Of a stretch of 64,000 nucleotides of DNA, positions 43,060 to 52,383 are shown piece by piece; the stretch's first letter is position 1; the number at the start of each line of letters is the position of its first letter. A program made the position numbers and the translations under genes. The notes under the pieces were generated by a model that was not told the origin of the DNA, searched no databases, and was given only the letters and a program-made list of their open reading frames with translations. Origin of the DNA: Chloroflexota bacterium (lineage in GTDB: Bacteria > Chloroflexota > Dormibacteria > Dormibacterales > Dormibacteraceae); NCBI GenBank assembly GCA_005882135.1, contig VBDR01000037.1:23595-87594 (forward strand), in the 5' to 3' direction.

Positions 43060-45507
43060 ATGGATCGCGCGCGCGCGGTCGTGATCGGTGGTGGCATCAC
43101 CGGCGCCAGCGTCATCTATCACCTCGCGAAGGCGGGATGGCAAGACGTGGTGCTGCTGGAGAAAGATGAGCTGACGAGCGGCTCGACATGTCATGCCGCA
43201 GGCCTTGTGACCCAGTTCAATCCTTCACCGACGATGATGCGGTTCCGCCGGTACAGCATCGAGCTCTACCAGCAGCTGGGCGTCTTCGAAACCGTCGGCA
43301 GCCTGCGCTTCGCATCGAGCAAGGACCAGCTGATGGAGCTGCAGCGCGGGGTGAGCCGCGCGCGTGGCATTGGCCTCGACGCCGACCTCGTCTCCGCGGA
43401 AGAGGCCGCGCGCCTGATGCCCGTGATCAGCACCGACGCGCTCTACGGAGCCGTCTGGATGCCGGGAGACGGACACCTGGATCCGCACACCGCGACGCAT
43501 GCCCTCGCCGTCGCCGCGCGCAAGCTGGGCGCGCGCGTCCTCACGCACCGGCGGGCTACCGGCATCGAGCTTTCCGACACGGGTGCAGTGAGGACTGTCA
43601 ACACGGATCACGATGGAATTGAGACCGAGGTGGTGGTCGTCGCCGGCGGCATCTGGGGACCGCAGATCGCAGCCATGGCAGGCGCATACATCGTCTCGAC
43701 CCCCGTCGACCACCAGCACGCGGCGCTGCTCGCGGTGCCCGGCCACGAGATTGCGCACGATATGCCGTGTTTCCGCGATCCGGACAACCTCATCTACGGC
43801 AAGCCGGAATCCGGCGGCATGGTGCTCGGCGGCTACGAGGCCAACCCGGTCGCAAGGTGGATCGACGGCGTGCCCTGGGATCACGCCGGCGCCTCGCTGC
43901 CGCCGGATCAAGTTCGCTTCGAGCCCCTGCTCGCCGGGGCGGCCAGGCGATTTCCGTTCGTCCACGAGGCGGGGATCGTCAAGCTTGTCTGCCACCCCGA
44001 CGCGATGACGCCGGACGCGGGCCCGCTGGTGGGTCCGGTGCCGGGCGTGCGCGGGCTGTACATGGCCGCGGGCCTCTCGCTCAACGGGTTCGGCGGGGCC
44101 GGCGGGATCGGCCGCTCGCTGAGCGAGCTCATCATCGGTGGCGAGACCGAGCTCGACCTTTATCCGTACCGCCCCTGGCGCTTCGGACCTGTGCATCGCG
44201 ACCACGTCTATGCGAGCGAGCTCGCACGCGAGGCGTACAAGTACTACTACCACCTGCGCTATCCGTACGACTCCGACGAGTGGGGACGACCGCGCCGCAC
44301 GAGCGCCCTGCACACGCGCCTGCAGGACATGGGCGCGGTGTTCGGTGTCAAACACGGGTGGGAGCGACCGGACTACTTCGGGCCCGGCCGTCCCTGGCGG
44401 CGCGCCGGCGCCGACCAGCGCGCATTCGGCTTCACGCGGCCGCCTTACTACAACGCGCTCGCCGAGGAGCACCGCGCATTTCGCGAGCGGGCCGGGATCA
44501 TCGACATGAGCTCGTTCGGCAAGATCGAGATCACGGGCCCAGGTGCGCTGCGGCTGCTGGAGCGGGTCGCCGGCAACCTGATCGACCGCCCTTCCGGCAG
44601 CGTCGTCTACACGCAGCTGCTCGAGAAGGATGGCGGCATCGCCGCCGACGTGACGATCACGAGATTGTCAGGCGATCATTTCCGGCTCGTCACCGGCGCC
44701 GGTTACGTGAACAGCGACCTGGGTTGGCTCCAGATGCAACTGCGTGACCCTGATCACGACGTCGAGCTTCGCGAGTCGTCAGACGAGGTCTCGGTGCTGG
44801 GCATCTGGGGACCGCAGGCGCGCGAGGTGCTCGGACGCGTCACGCGGGACGACATCTCCGAGGAGGCGTTCCCCTTCATGCACGCCCGCGACATCCACAT
44901 CGGCGGCTTTCCGGTCCTGGCGCAGCGGGTGACCTACATCGGCGAGCTCGGATGGGAGCTCTACACCGAGCCCAGATGGGCCGGCCAGGTCTGGGATCGC
45001 CTGCTGGCCGCCGGACGCGATGTGGACATCAGGCCGGGCGGCTATCGCGTCCTCGATTCGCTGCGCATGGAGAAGGGTTACCGCTACTACGGGACCGACA
45101 TGGGCTTGCTCGACAACCCGTTCGAGGCCGGGCTTGGTTTCTGCGTGCGGCTTGACAAAGGCGATTTCAACGGGCATGAGGCCCTCCAGAGAGCGAAGTC
45201 GAACCTCACGCGGCGGCTGCGCACGCTGACGGTCGGCGGCGAGGAGTACGTGCCGATTTATGGCGGTGAGGCAGTGCACAGCGGTGGACGCGTGGCCGGC
45301 CGGCTGCGGAGCTGCAGCTACGGGTTCACGGTGCGGAAAAACCTCGCCTACTCCTACCTGCCGCTGGAGATCGGGCCCGGCGCCCAGGTCGAGGTCGAGG
45401 TTTTCGGTCAGATGGTCCCGGCCACGGTGACGCGGGATGCAGTCCTTGCCAGAGATGTCCTCCAGCAGCACGCGAGCTCGCCGGCCGCGCGAAGGGCGCC
45501 CGATTGA
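43060..45507 (+). CDS. FAD-dependent dehydrogenase fused to a GcvT-type folate-binding aminomethyltransferase domain (dimethylglycine/sarcosine dehydrogenase family), paralogue 1
   Basis: VVIGGGITGAS dinucleotide fold. SGSTCHAAG, the covalent-flavin His context. C-terminal GcvT-like domain (ISYVG-type YIGELGWELY). Confidence 0.85.
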   Translation: MDRARAVVIGGGITGASVIYHLAKAGWQDVVLLEKDELTSGSTCHAAGLVTQFNPSPTMMRFRRYSIELYQQLGVFETVGSLRFASSKDQLMELQRGVSRARGIGLDADLVSAEEAARLMPVISTDALYGAVWMPGDGHLDPHTATHALAVAARKLGARVLTHRRATGIELSDTGAVRTVNTDHDGIETEVVVVAGGIWGPQIAAMAGAYIVSTPVDHQHAALLAVPGHEIAHDMPCFRDPDNLIYGKPESGGMVLGGYEANPVARWIDGVPWDHAGASLPPDQVRFEPLLAGAARRFPFVHEAGIVKLVCHPDAMTPDAGPLVGPVPGVRGLYMAAGLSLNGFGGAGGIGRSLSELIIGGETELDLYPYRPWRFGPVHRDHVYASELAREAYKYYYHLRYPYDSDEWGRPRRTSALHTRLQDMGAVFGVKHGWERPDYFGPGRPWRRAGADQRAFGFTRPPYYNALAEEHRAFRERAGIIDMSSFGKIEITGPGALRLLERVAGNLIDRPSGSVVYTQLLEKDGGIAADVTITRLSGDHFRLVTGAGYVNSDLGWLQMQLRDPDHDVELRESSDEVSVLGIWGPQAREVLGRVTRDDISEEAFPFMHARDIHIGGFPVLAQRVTYIGELGWELYTEPRWAGQVWDRLLAAGRDVDIRPGGYRVLDSLRMEKGYRYYGTDMGLLDNPFEAGLGFCVRLDKGDFNGHEALQRAKSNLTRRLRTLTVGGEEYVPIYGGEAVHSGGRVAGRLRSCSYGFTVRKNLAYSYLPLEIGPGAQVEVEVFGQMVPATVTRDAVLARDVLQQHASSPAARRAPD

Positions 45508-45537
45508 AGGCGCGCCGGGCGCGCGCAGGGCGCACGA

Positions 45538-46434
45538 TTGCGGGCTGAAGAAGCCGCGGCCCGCGTCTCGCTCTGGCGGGGCCGCCCCCTCAGCATCTCC
45601 CCGCTCTCCGGTGGCCTCACCAACGAGAACTACCTGGTCGAGCTCGAGGGTACGAAATACGTGATGCGGCTGCCCGGCAAGTCGACCGAGCTGCTGTCCA
45701 TCGATCGGGAAAACGAGGTGTTCAACACCATAGCCGCCGCCTCCACCGGCATCGGCCCGAGGGTCCTCGAGCACGTGCCTGGGGTCGACGTCATGGTGCT
45801 CGAGTTCATACCCGGTCCGACGATGTCGGCGAAGACCCTGCAGTCGCCGCGGATGATGGCGCGCATGGCGCAGTCGTTTCACCGCCTGCACGCGGCGCCG
45901 CGATTCCTGCACGACTTCAACATGTTTCGGCTGATCGATCAATACCTGCGCATCGTCGACGAGAACGGAGTGCCGATTCCGGACGGCTACCGCGACTGGC
46001 TGCCCAACGTCGGACAGATCGAGCGGGCGGTGGGCGTTGCCGGGCTGGTCGAGGTGCCGTGCCACAACGACCTGCTGTGCGAGAACTTCATCGACGACGG
46101 CGCCGCCTTGCGCATCGTCGACTACGAGCTGAGCGGCAACAACGACCCGTGCTTCGATCTCGGCAACACCGCCCAGGAGGCGGAGTTCGACCAGGAGATG
46201 AGGGCCACCCTGTGCGAGGCGTATTTCGGCAACCGCGACCCGCGGCAGCTGGCCCGGATGAACCTGTTCGCCCTCATGTCGGACGTCGGATGGACGCTGT
46301 GGGGCGCCATCCAGGCCCGGATCTCAACCGTCGACTTCGACTTCCGCGCCTACTACACCGGCCGGTGGGAGCGGGCGCTCGGCGTGCTTCGGTCGGACCG
46401 CGTCGACCGCTGGATGACCGAAGCCTCCAATTGA
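45538..46434 (+). CDS. Choline/ethanolamine kinase-type phosphotransferase (APH fold)
   Basis: LSGGLTNENYLV, the Brenner motif CHNDLLCENFI, and IVDYELSGNNDPCFDLGN. The TTG start is uncertain. Confidence 0.75.
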   Translation: MRAEEAAARVSLWRGRPLSISPLSGGLTNENYLVELEGTKYVMRLPGKSTELLSIDRENEVFNTIAAASTGIGPRVLEHVPGVDVMVLEFIPGPTMSAKTLQSPRMMARMAQSFHRLHAAPRFLHDFNMFRLIDQYLRIVDENGVPIPDGYRDWLPNVGQIERAVGVAGLVEVPCHNDLLCENFIDDGAALRIVDYELSGNNDPCFDLGNTAQEAEFDQEMRATLCEAYFGNRDPRQLARMNLFALMSDVGWTLWGAIQARISTVDFDFRAYYTGRWERALGVLRSDRVDRWMTEASN

Positions 46435-46506
46435 CGTAGCCCCGGTAGGGTGCTACGTTCGCGCCGGTATATCGGTCGCATATCGCCGAGTTGAAGGGAT
46501 GGGGCA

Positions 46507-47166
46507 ATGGCGGTCGCTGAACCTATCGGGGTTCGGTCGCAGAGCGAGGAAGCTTACGCGCGCATCCTCGAGCGGATCGTGAGCCTGGAGATGCCGCCCG
46601 GATCGGTGGTCAACGAAGCCCGCCTCCGTGACGAGCTCCAGATCGGCCGGACACCGATCCGGGAGGCCCTGCAGCGACTCGCCCGGGAGAACCTGGTCCG
46701 CTCCATCCCCCACCGCGGCACCTTCGTCACCGATGTCAACATCACCGACCTCGCCCGGATCACCGAGGTGCGCGTCGTGCTCGAGGCGCACGCGGCAAGG
46801 CTCGCGGCGGAGAAGCTGACGACCGCGGATCGCGAGGCGCTCCAGGAGCTGCTCGACCTGCTTCTGCACGGCTACGTCACCGACCAGAGGGACCTGATGC
46901 AGCTCGACCAGCAGATCCATCGGTTGATCTACCGCTCCGCGCACAACCCCTTCCTGGAGTCGACCCTCGAGCGGTACTTCAACCTCAGCCTTCGCCTGTG
47001 GTATCTCGTGCTCGACCGCGAGGTCGGACTTCGCGAGGCGGTCGACGAACACGCCGAGCTGCTGCAGGCGATCCTCGCTGGCGACGGAGACCGCGCCGAC
47101 GACATCATGCGCCGGCACGTGACCGGCTTCGAACGCGAGATCCGCAAAGTGCTGGTCGAGAGATAG
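46507..47166 (+). CDS. GntR-family regulator, FadR/FCD subfamily
   Basis: LRDELQIGRTPIREALQRLARENLV (winged HTH) plus an all-helical FCD-like C domain. Confidence 0.88.
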   Translation: MAVAEPIGVRSQSEEAYARILERIVSLEMPPGSVVNEARLRDELQIGRTPIREALQRLARENLVRSIPHRGTFVTDVNITDLARITEVRVVLEAHAARLAAEKLTTADREALQELLDLLLHGYVTDQRDLMQLDQQIHRLIYRSAHNPFLESTLERYFNLSLRLWYLVLDREVGLREAVDEHAELLQAILAGDGDRADDIMRRHVTGFEREIRKVLVER

Positions 47167-47175
47167 GGGTAGAGA

Positions 47176-48111
47176 ATGCCGAAGATCTTTTTCGCCACCG
47201 ACCTACACGGCTCCGAGGTGTGCTGGAAGAAGTTCCTGAACGCGGCCCGGTTCTATGACGCCGAGGTGCTCATCTGCGGCGGAGACATGACCGGCAAGGC
47301 GATCGTGCCGATCGTCTCCGAGAACGGTCACTTCACCGTCACCCTCGGCGGTGAGCACCAGACCGTCGGGGCCGAACAGGTAAGCGAGGTCGAGGCCAAC
47401 ATTCGGCGCAAGGGCTACTACCCGCTGCGCATGAGCCCCGGCCGCCTGCATGAGCTGGACGGGGATGCAGGCAAACGGGCCGCATGTTTCCAGGAGGTGA
47501 TGCTCGAAGGGGTCGAGCGCTGGATGGGCATGGCGGCCGAGAAGCTCCGCGGCTCCGGCGTCCGATGCTTCGTGTCTCCAGGCAATGACGACGAGATGGA
47601 GGTGGACGAGGTCATCCGGCGCGCCGAGCTCGTCGAACTCGGCGAGGGACGGGTGGTGGACGTCGACGGCTTCTCGATGATCTCCACCGGCTGGTCCAAC
47701 CCCACCCCCTGGAACACGCACCGCGAGGAGTCCGAGGAGAAGCTCGCCGAGAGAATCGAGAGCATGGCCTCGCAGGTTCCTGATCCCTCCCGCGCGATCT
47801 TCAATCTGCACTGCCCACCCTTCAAGTCAGGCCTCGACGAGGCGCCGGCCATCGACGCCGACCTGAAGCTCCTGCATGGCGGACGCGCACTACGGCCCGT
47901 CGGATCGACCGCGGTGCGTACGGCGATCGAGCGTCATCAGCCGCTTCTGTCGCTCCACGGCCACATCCACGAGAGCAAGGGCGCGATCAAGATCGGCAGG
48001 ACGCTGTCCATCAACCCAGGCAGTGCTTATGAGGAAGGAATGCTCATGGGGGCGATCATCCAGCTCGACCCCAAGAAAGGAATCAAGAGCTACCAGCTGG
48101 TCAACGGATGA
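47176..48111 (+). CDS. Calcineurin-like metallophosphoesterase
   Basis: ATDLHG, GGDMTGK, GNDD and HGHIH metal motifs. Confidence 0.8.
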   Translation: MPKIFFATDLHGSEVCWKKFLNAARFYDAEVLICGGDMTGKAIVPIVSENGHFTVTLGGEHQTVGAEQVSEVEANIRRKGYYPLRMSPGRLHELDGDAGKRAACFQEVMLEGVERWMGMAAEKLRGSGVRCFVSPGNDDEMEVDEVIRRAELVELGEGRVVDVDGFSMISTGWSNPTPWNTHREESEEKLAERIESMASQVPDPSRAIFNLHCPPFKSGLDEAPAIDADLKLLHGGRALRPVGSTAVRTAIERHQPLLSLHGHIHESKGAIKIGRTLSINPGSAYEEGMLMGAIIQLDPKKGIKSYQLVNG

Positions 48112-48131
48112 AGAGGTAAGGAGGAAGCACG

Positions 48132-49796
48132 ATGGCTGACACGACGATGGGGACGGCGACGGGAACGAGGCCCGCGCTGTTTCTCCGCAATGCGACCGGG
48201 CTGGTCAAAGCCTGGTCGACGTTCGACGCGTTCGTCTATTCGTTCTGGTCGGTGAACCTGATCACGCTCGGCCTGTACGGCATGTCGTTCGTCTACACGG
48301 TGCCCGACGGGCAATTGCTCGCCGCAATCCTTGTGTTCGGCGTGCTCACGACGTTCCTGGTCGTGACCTACGCAATGTTGGTGAGCGTCATGCCGCGCAC
48401 CGGCGGCGACTACGCGTGGCAGAGCCGGGTTCTCGGCGGCGGGCTGGGCTTCGTCCTCTCCATCACCGGATGGTGGTTCACGCTCTTCCTCTGGGCGCCG
48501 ATCTACGCCAACATCCTTGTCGTCCAGTTCTTCTCGCCGCTGGCCTACACGCTCGGCTGGACGAGCGTGGCCACCTTCTTCACGAGCCAGACCGGAATCT
48601 TCGTCTCGTGTCTGATCGTGCTCGCGTTCGTCGCCATCGTGGTCACGATGGGCATGGAGACCTATGCGCGCATCCAGAAGGTCTGCTTCTGGATCGGGCT
48701 GGGCGGGCTTGTTGTCGTTTGCGGCCTCCTGCTTTTCGCCAGCCAGAGCGATTTCCAGGCCGCCTTCAACCGCGAGGCGACGAGCCTCTTCGGCGCTCCG
48801 GGCAACGCTTATCAGGGCACGATCGACGCCGCGAGCAAGTCATTCGGAGGCTCGAGCTTCGGCACGGTCGCATTCGGTCCGCTGCTCCTGCTTCTGCCCT
48901 GGCTTGCCTTCTATCTTCTCTGGCCCAACTGGGGCGCAACGCTCTACGGCGAGGTCCGCGGAGCCAAGGACATCCGCAAGCCGTTCTGGAGCATGTTCTG
49001 GGGGCTGTGGGTCACAGTGGCCCTCGTCGCGGTGGTGGTGCTCCTCATCAACAAGACGATCGGTTGGAACTTCTATCAGTCCGCCAACGCGGCCTACTGG
49101 AACAACCTGTTTGCGGTCCAGGGCGCCGTCGCCCCACCCGTTCCGATCTGGCCCTATCCGGTGATGTTCGCCGGCTTTTTGGTCAACAACCACCTCTTCC
49201 AGGCCCTGCTCATCATCGTCATGGGCCTGTGGTTCTTCGGTTGGGCGGGAACCCTCTTCCTGTCTTCGACCCGCGTGATCTTTGCCGCCGCCTTCGACCG
49301 CGTTCTCCCTGCCTGGGCGGCCAACATCTCGGCCAAGCGACGAGTGCCGTACGGCTCTCTCGTCTTGATGATCCTGCCGTCACTGGTGATCAGCGCGGTC
49401 TACGCGTACAAGCCGACCTTCACGAGCGTCTTCCTGGATGCGACAGCGGTCCTGGCGTTGACATTCTTCGCCACCGTGGTGGCGGCGATCATCCTCCCGT
49501 GGCGACGGAAGGACCTCTATGAGGCGTCGCCGATCGCCCGCTACAAGGTCGCCGGCGTGCCCGCGATCACGATCGTCGGCGTGATCACAGGCCTCTTCCT
49601 GCTGTTCATGTTGTACGAGTGGTCGTTCAACAAGGACAACCTGTACGGCACGTCGTTCCAGTCAACTCCGAACTCGGTTTACTACTTCCTGGCCACCTAC
49701 ATCGTCGCGATCATCATCTACGTGGCCGCGCGGATCGTCCGGAGCCGGCAGGGAATCGACCTGCGCCGGATCCACCACGAGATACCGGTTGAATAG
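48132..49796 (+). CDS. APC-superfamily permease (amino acid / amine / organocation)
   Basis: 554 aa with 12-14 TM helices and an APC-like N-terminal pattern (LVKAWSTFDAFVYSFWSVNL). Confidence 0.75.
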   Translation: MADTTMGTATGTRPALFLRNATGLVKAWSTFDAFVYSFWSVNLITLGLYGMSFVYTVPDGQLLAAILVFGVLTTFLVVTYAMLVSVMPRTGGDYAWQSRVLGGGLGFVLSITGWWFTLFLWAPIYANILVVQFFSPLAYTLGWTSVATFFTSQTGIFVSCLIVLAFVAIVVTMGMETYARIQKVCFWIGLGGLVVVCGLLLFASQSDFQAAFNREATSLFGAPGNAYQGTIDAASKSFGGSSFGTVAFGPLLLLLPWLAFYLLWPNWGATLYGEVRGAKDIRKPFWSMFWGLWVTVALVAVVVLLINKTIGWNFYQSANAAYWNNLFAVQGAVAPPVPIWPYPVMFAGFLVNNHLFQALLIIVMGLWFFGWAGTLFLSSTRVIFAAAFDRVLPAWAANISAKRRVPYGSLVLMILPSLVISAVYAYKPTFTSVFLDATAVLALTFFATVVAAIILPWRRKDLYEASPIARYKVAGVPAITIVGVITGLFLLFMLYEWSFNKDNLYGTSFQSTPNSVYYFLATYIVAIIIYVAARIVRSRQGIDLRRIHHEIPVE

Positions 49797-49840
49797 GATT
49801 GTCACGGCCGCCGGGTTGATCCCCGGCGGCCTCGTCTACT

Positions 49841-50920
49841 ATGACAGACGCCGGCGTCAAAGCCGCCGGGCTGCTCGAGGTCGCGCTCGAGTCGCTGCGG
49901 CGCTCTGACGTCGAGCCCGTGGTGTTCGACAAGGTGCGCGCGAACCCCGGCGTCGAGCTCGTCGACGAGGGCGCCACAGAGTACCGCTCGCAGGGATGCG
50001 ACGGGCTCGTCGCCATCGGCGGCGGCAGCTCGATGGACACGGCCAAAGGCATCGGCGTCGTCGCCGCCCACGACGGGAGCATCGTCGAGTACGAGTGGGG
50101 CCACAGCCCGATCCGTTCCCGCATCCCGCCGATGATCGCGGTGCCCACCACCGCCGGTACCGGCAGCGAGGTCACGCTGTGGGCGGTCATCACCGACCCG
50201 AAGCGGAAGATCAAGTTCAACGTCGGGGGCACACCGCACATCGCGGCATGGGTCGCGGTGATCGACCCGGAGCTGACCGTCAAGCTGCCTCCCGGCGTCA
50301 CCGCGGGCACGGGGATGGACGCGCTCGCCCACGCGGTGGAGTGCTTCACGATGTCCTACCACCAGCCCTTCACGGACGCGGTGGCGCTGCTCGCGATGGA
50401 GTACGTGGCGCGATACCTGCGGGTCGCCTTCTCGCAGGCCAACAACCTGGAGGCGCGGTATCACATGAGCGCGGCCGCGATGCTCGCGGGGCTCGCGTAC
50501 GGGACCGACTCCGCGGGCGCAGCTCACGCCATGAGCCAGACCGCGGGCGGCGTGCACGACGCGCCGCACGGGGCGCTCACCGCGAGGCTCCTGGGTCCGG
50601 TGATGGAGTACAACCACTCAGGCGAGCCTGAGCGCTTCGCGCGCATGGCGGCCGCATTCGGGCTCGATACGCGCGGCGTTTCCACCTGGCGCGCCGCGGA
50701 GATGGCCGTCGAATATGTTCACCAGCTGACCGTCGACGTCGACATTCCCGCCATGCAAGAGCTCGGCTTCAGCCAAGACGAGATCCCGATGCTCGCGGAT
50801 AAGGCGTTCGCCGACCCGCAGACCATCGGCAACCCTCGGGATGTGGACGCTTCCGCCTATCGAAAGATCTACCAGCAAGCATTCGAGCTCGGAAGCCACC
50901 GGAATGGAGCCCGACGATGA
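49841..50920 (+). CDS. Iron-containing (type III) alcohol dehydrogenase lacking about 35 N-terminal residues
   Basis: GGGSSMDTAKG, PTTAGTGSE, DALAHAVE and APHG motifs. Residue 1 aligns with about residue 37 of FucO-type enzymes. No SD, and an in-frame stop lies 8 codons upstream. Confidence 0.75.
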   Translation: MTDAGVKAAGLLEVALESLRRSDVEPVVFDKVRANPGVELVDEGATEYRSQGCDGLVAIGGGSSMDTAKGIGVVAAHDGSIVEYEWGHSPIRSRIPPMIAVPTTAGTGSEVTLWAVITDPKRKIKFNVGGTPHIAAWVAVIDPELTVKLPPGVTAGTGMDALAHAVECFTMSYHQPFTDAVALLAMEYVARYLRVAFSQANNLEARYHMSAAAMLAGLAYGTDSAGAAHAMSQTAGGVHDAPHGALTARLLGPVMEYNHSGEPERFARMAAAFGLDTRGVSTWRAAEMAVEYVHQLTVDVDIPAMQELGFSQDEIPMLADKAFADPQTIGNPRDVDASAYRKIYQQAFELGSHRNGARR

Positions 50921-52383
50921 CTGTCGACGTCGCCAGGTCAGTCCGGAAGATGTTCATTGAAGGCAGGTGGGTCGAGTCCGAGAGCGGCGAGCTCTTTGAC
51001 GCCGACAGCCCGGCGACCGGCGAGATCATCGCCCAGGTCCCCAAGGGCACCCGCGCCGACGCCCAGCGCGCGGTCGAGGCCGCCCACAAGGCTCGCGCGG
51101 CGATGGCCGGCCTCAAAGGCTTCGAACGTTCCGTGCGGCTGCACCGGATCGCCGACGCCATCGCGAGACGGCGGGACGAGCTGGCCCACCTGCTCACGCT
51201 CGACCAAGGCAAGCCGCTGAAGGCCGAGGCCGTCGGCGAGGTCGAGGAGGCGGTCCAGTACTTCCGCATCGCCGCCGAGGACCTGAAACGCCTGGAAGGC
51301 CGCGTGCTGCCCTCGGCCAGCCCGAGCAAGCTCGTCCTGGCCCGGCACTACCCGCGTGGGGTCTACGGCATCATCACGCCCTGGAACTGGCCGCTGACGA
51401 TGGCCGCGGAGCTGATCGCGCCCGCCCTCGCGGCCGGCAACACGGTGGTCTGGACGCCGGCCTCCTCGACCAGCGTGATCTCGGTGGCGCTGATGGAATG
51501 CATCGTCGAAGCCGACCTTCCGGCCGGCGCGGTCAACCTGGTCACCGGCCCCGGAGCCGAGGTCGGCGACGAGGTGGCAGGCCACCCGCTGGTGGACGGA
51601 GTCGGTTTCGTCGGCTCGACCGAAACCGGGGCGTCGGTGGCGAGGCGGGCCGCAGGCAAGCACGTGATGCTCGAGCTCGGCGGCAACGGCCCCCAGGTCG
51701 TGTTCGCAGACGCCGACATCGGACGCGCCGTGGAAGGCGCAATCGTGGGCTGCTACCTGTGCGCGGGCCAGAGCTGCACCGCCGGCGAGCGGATCCTGGT
51801 CGAGGAGCCGATCCGCGACGAGTTCGTGGCCCGCCTGGCGGACGCGGCGCGCGCGCTCCGGCTGGGCGATCCGTTCGCGGACGACACCACGCTGGGGCCA
51901 CTCAACAACGAAGGCGTGGCCTCGAAGATGGACCAGCACGTCGCCGACGCCTTGAAGCACGGAGCCAAGCTCGTGCTGGGCGGAGAGCGCGCCAAGGGCT
52001 TTCCGACGCGCCTCTACTATCACGCGACCATCCTCGATGGCGTCGAGCCGGACATGCGGGTGAGCCGCGAGGAGACCTTCGGTCCGATCGCCCCGATCAT
52101 CAAGTTCCGCGACGAGAAACAGGCCCTGGAGCTGGCCAACGACTCGCCTTACGGGCTGCTCGGCGCGGTCTACACGAAAGACCTGTCGCGCGCGCTCCGG
52201 TTCGCCGACGCGCTCGAGACCGGCTGGGTCAACATCAACGAGTCGACCAACTACTGGGAGGCGCACCTCCCCTTCGGCGGCCGGGCGGGGAAGAAGAGCG
52301 GGATCGGGAAGGTCGGCGGGCGCTTCGCCCTCGAGCAGATGACGGACCTCAAGACGATCGTGATCGAGATCTCGCCCGAGTGA
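50917..52383 (+). CDS. NAD(P)-dependent aldehyde dehydrogenase (betaine-aldehyde DH-like role inferred)
   Basis: LELGGNGP (catalytic Glu), GQSCTAGER (catalytic Cys), EETFGP. ATGA overlap with the ADH gene. Confidence 0.88.
   Translation: MTVDVARSVRKMFIEGRWVESESGELFDADSPATGEIIAQVPKGTRADAQRAVEAAHKARAAMAGLKGFERSVRLHRIADAIARRRDELAHLLTLDQGKPLKAEAVGEVEEAVQYFRIAAEDLKRLEGRVLPSASPSKLVLARHYPRGVYGIITPWNWPLTMAAELIAPALAAGNTVVWTPASSTSVISVALMECIVEADLPAGAVNLVTGPGAEVGDEVAGHPLVDGVGFVGSTETGASVARRAAGKHVMLELGGNGPQVVFADADIGRAVEGAIVGCYLCAGQSCTAGERILVEEPIRDEFVARLADAARALRLGDPFADDTTLGPLNNEGVASKMDQHVADALKHGAKLVLGGERAKGFPTRLYYHATILDGVEPDMRVSREETFGPIAPIIKFRDEKQALELANDSPYGLLGAVYTKDLSRALRFADALETGWVNINESTNYWEAHLPFGGRAGKKSGIGKVGGRFALEQMTDLKTIVIEISPE

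Noticed and set aside
46435-46506. Direct repeat ATATCG-N5-ATATCG and small inverted repeat GTAG-N4-CTAC upstream of the GntR gene, considered as an operator
   Set aside because: It is too short and does not match the usual GntR/FadR-type inverted repeat. It is mentioned only as a place to look in the kinase/phosphoesterase finding.
51498-52379. 5' extensions of three track ORFs: the 549-aa ORF leading into the NTase-like gene, 57056-57292 leading into the EtfD-like gene, and 53083-53151 leading into FAD-GcvT paralogue 2
   Set aside because: The extensions overlap the upstream genes out of frame and encode Arg/Gly/Pro-rich sequence. Internal starts that overlap or closely follow the upstream stops (GTGA at 52380 and 57293, ATG at 53152) give family-typical N-termini.
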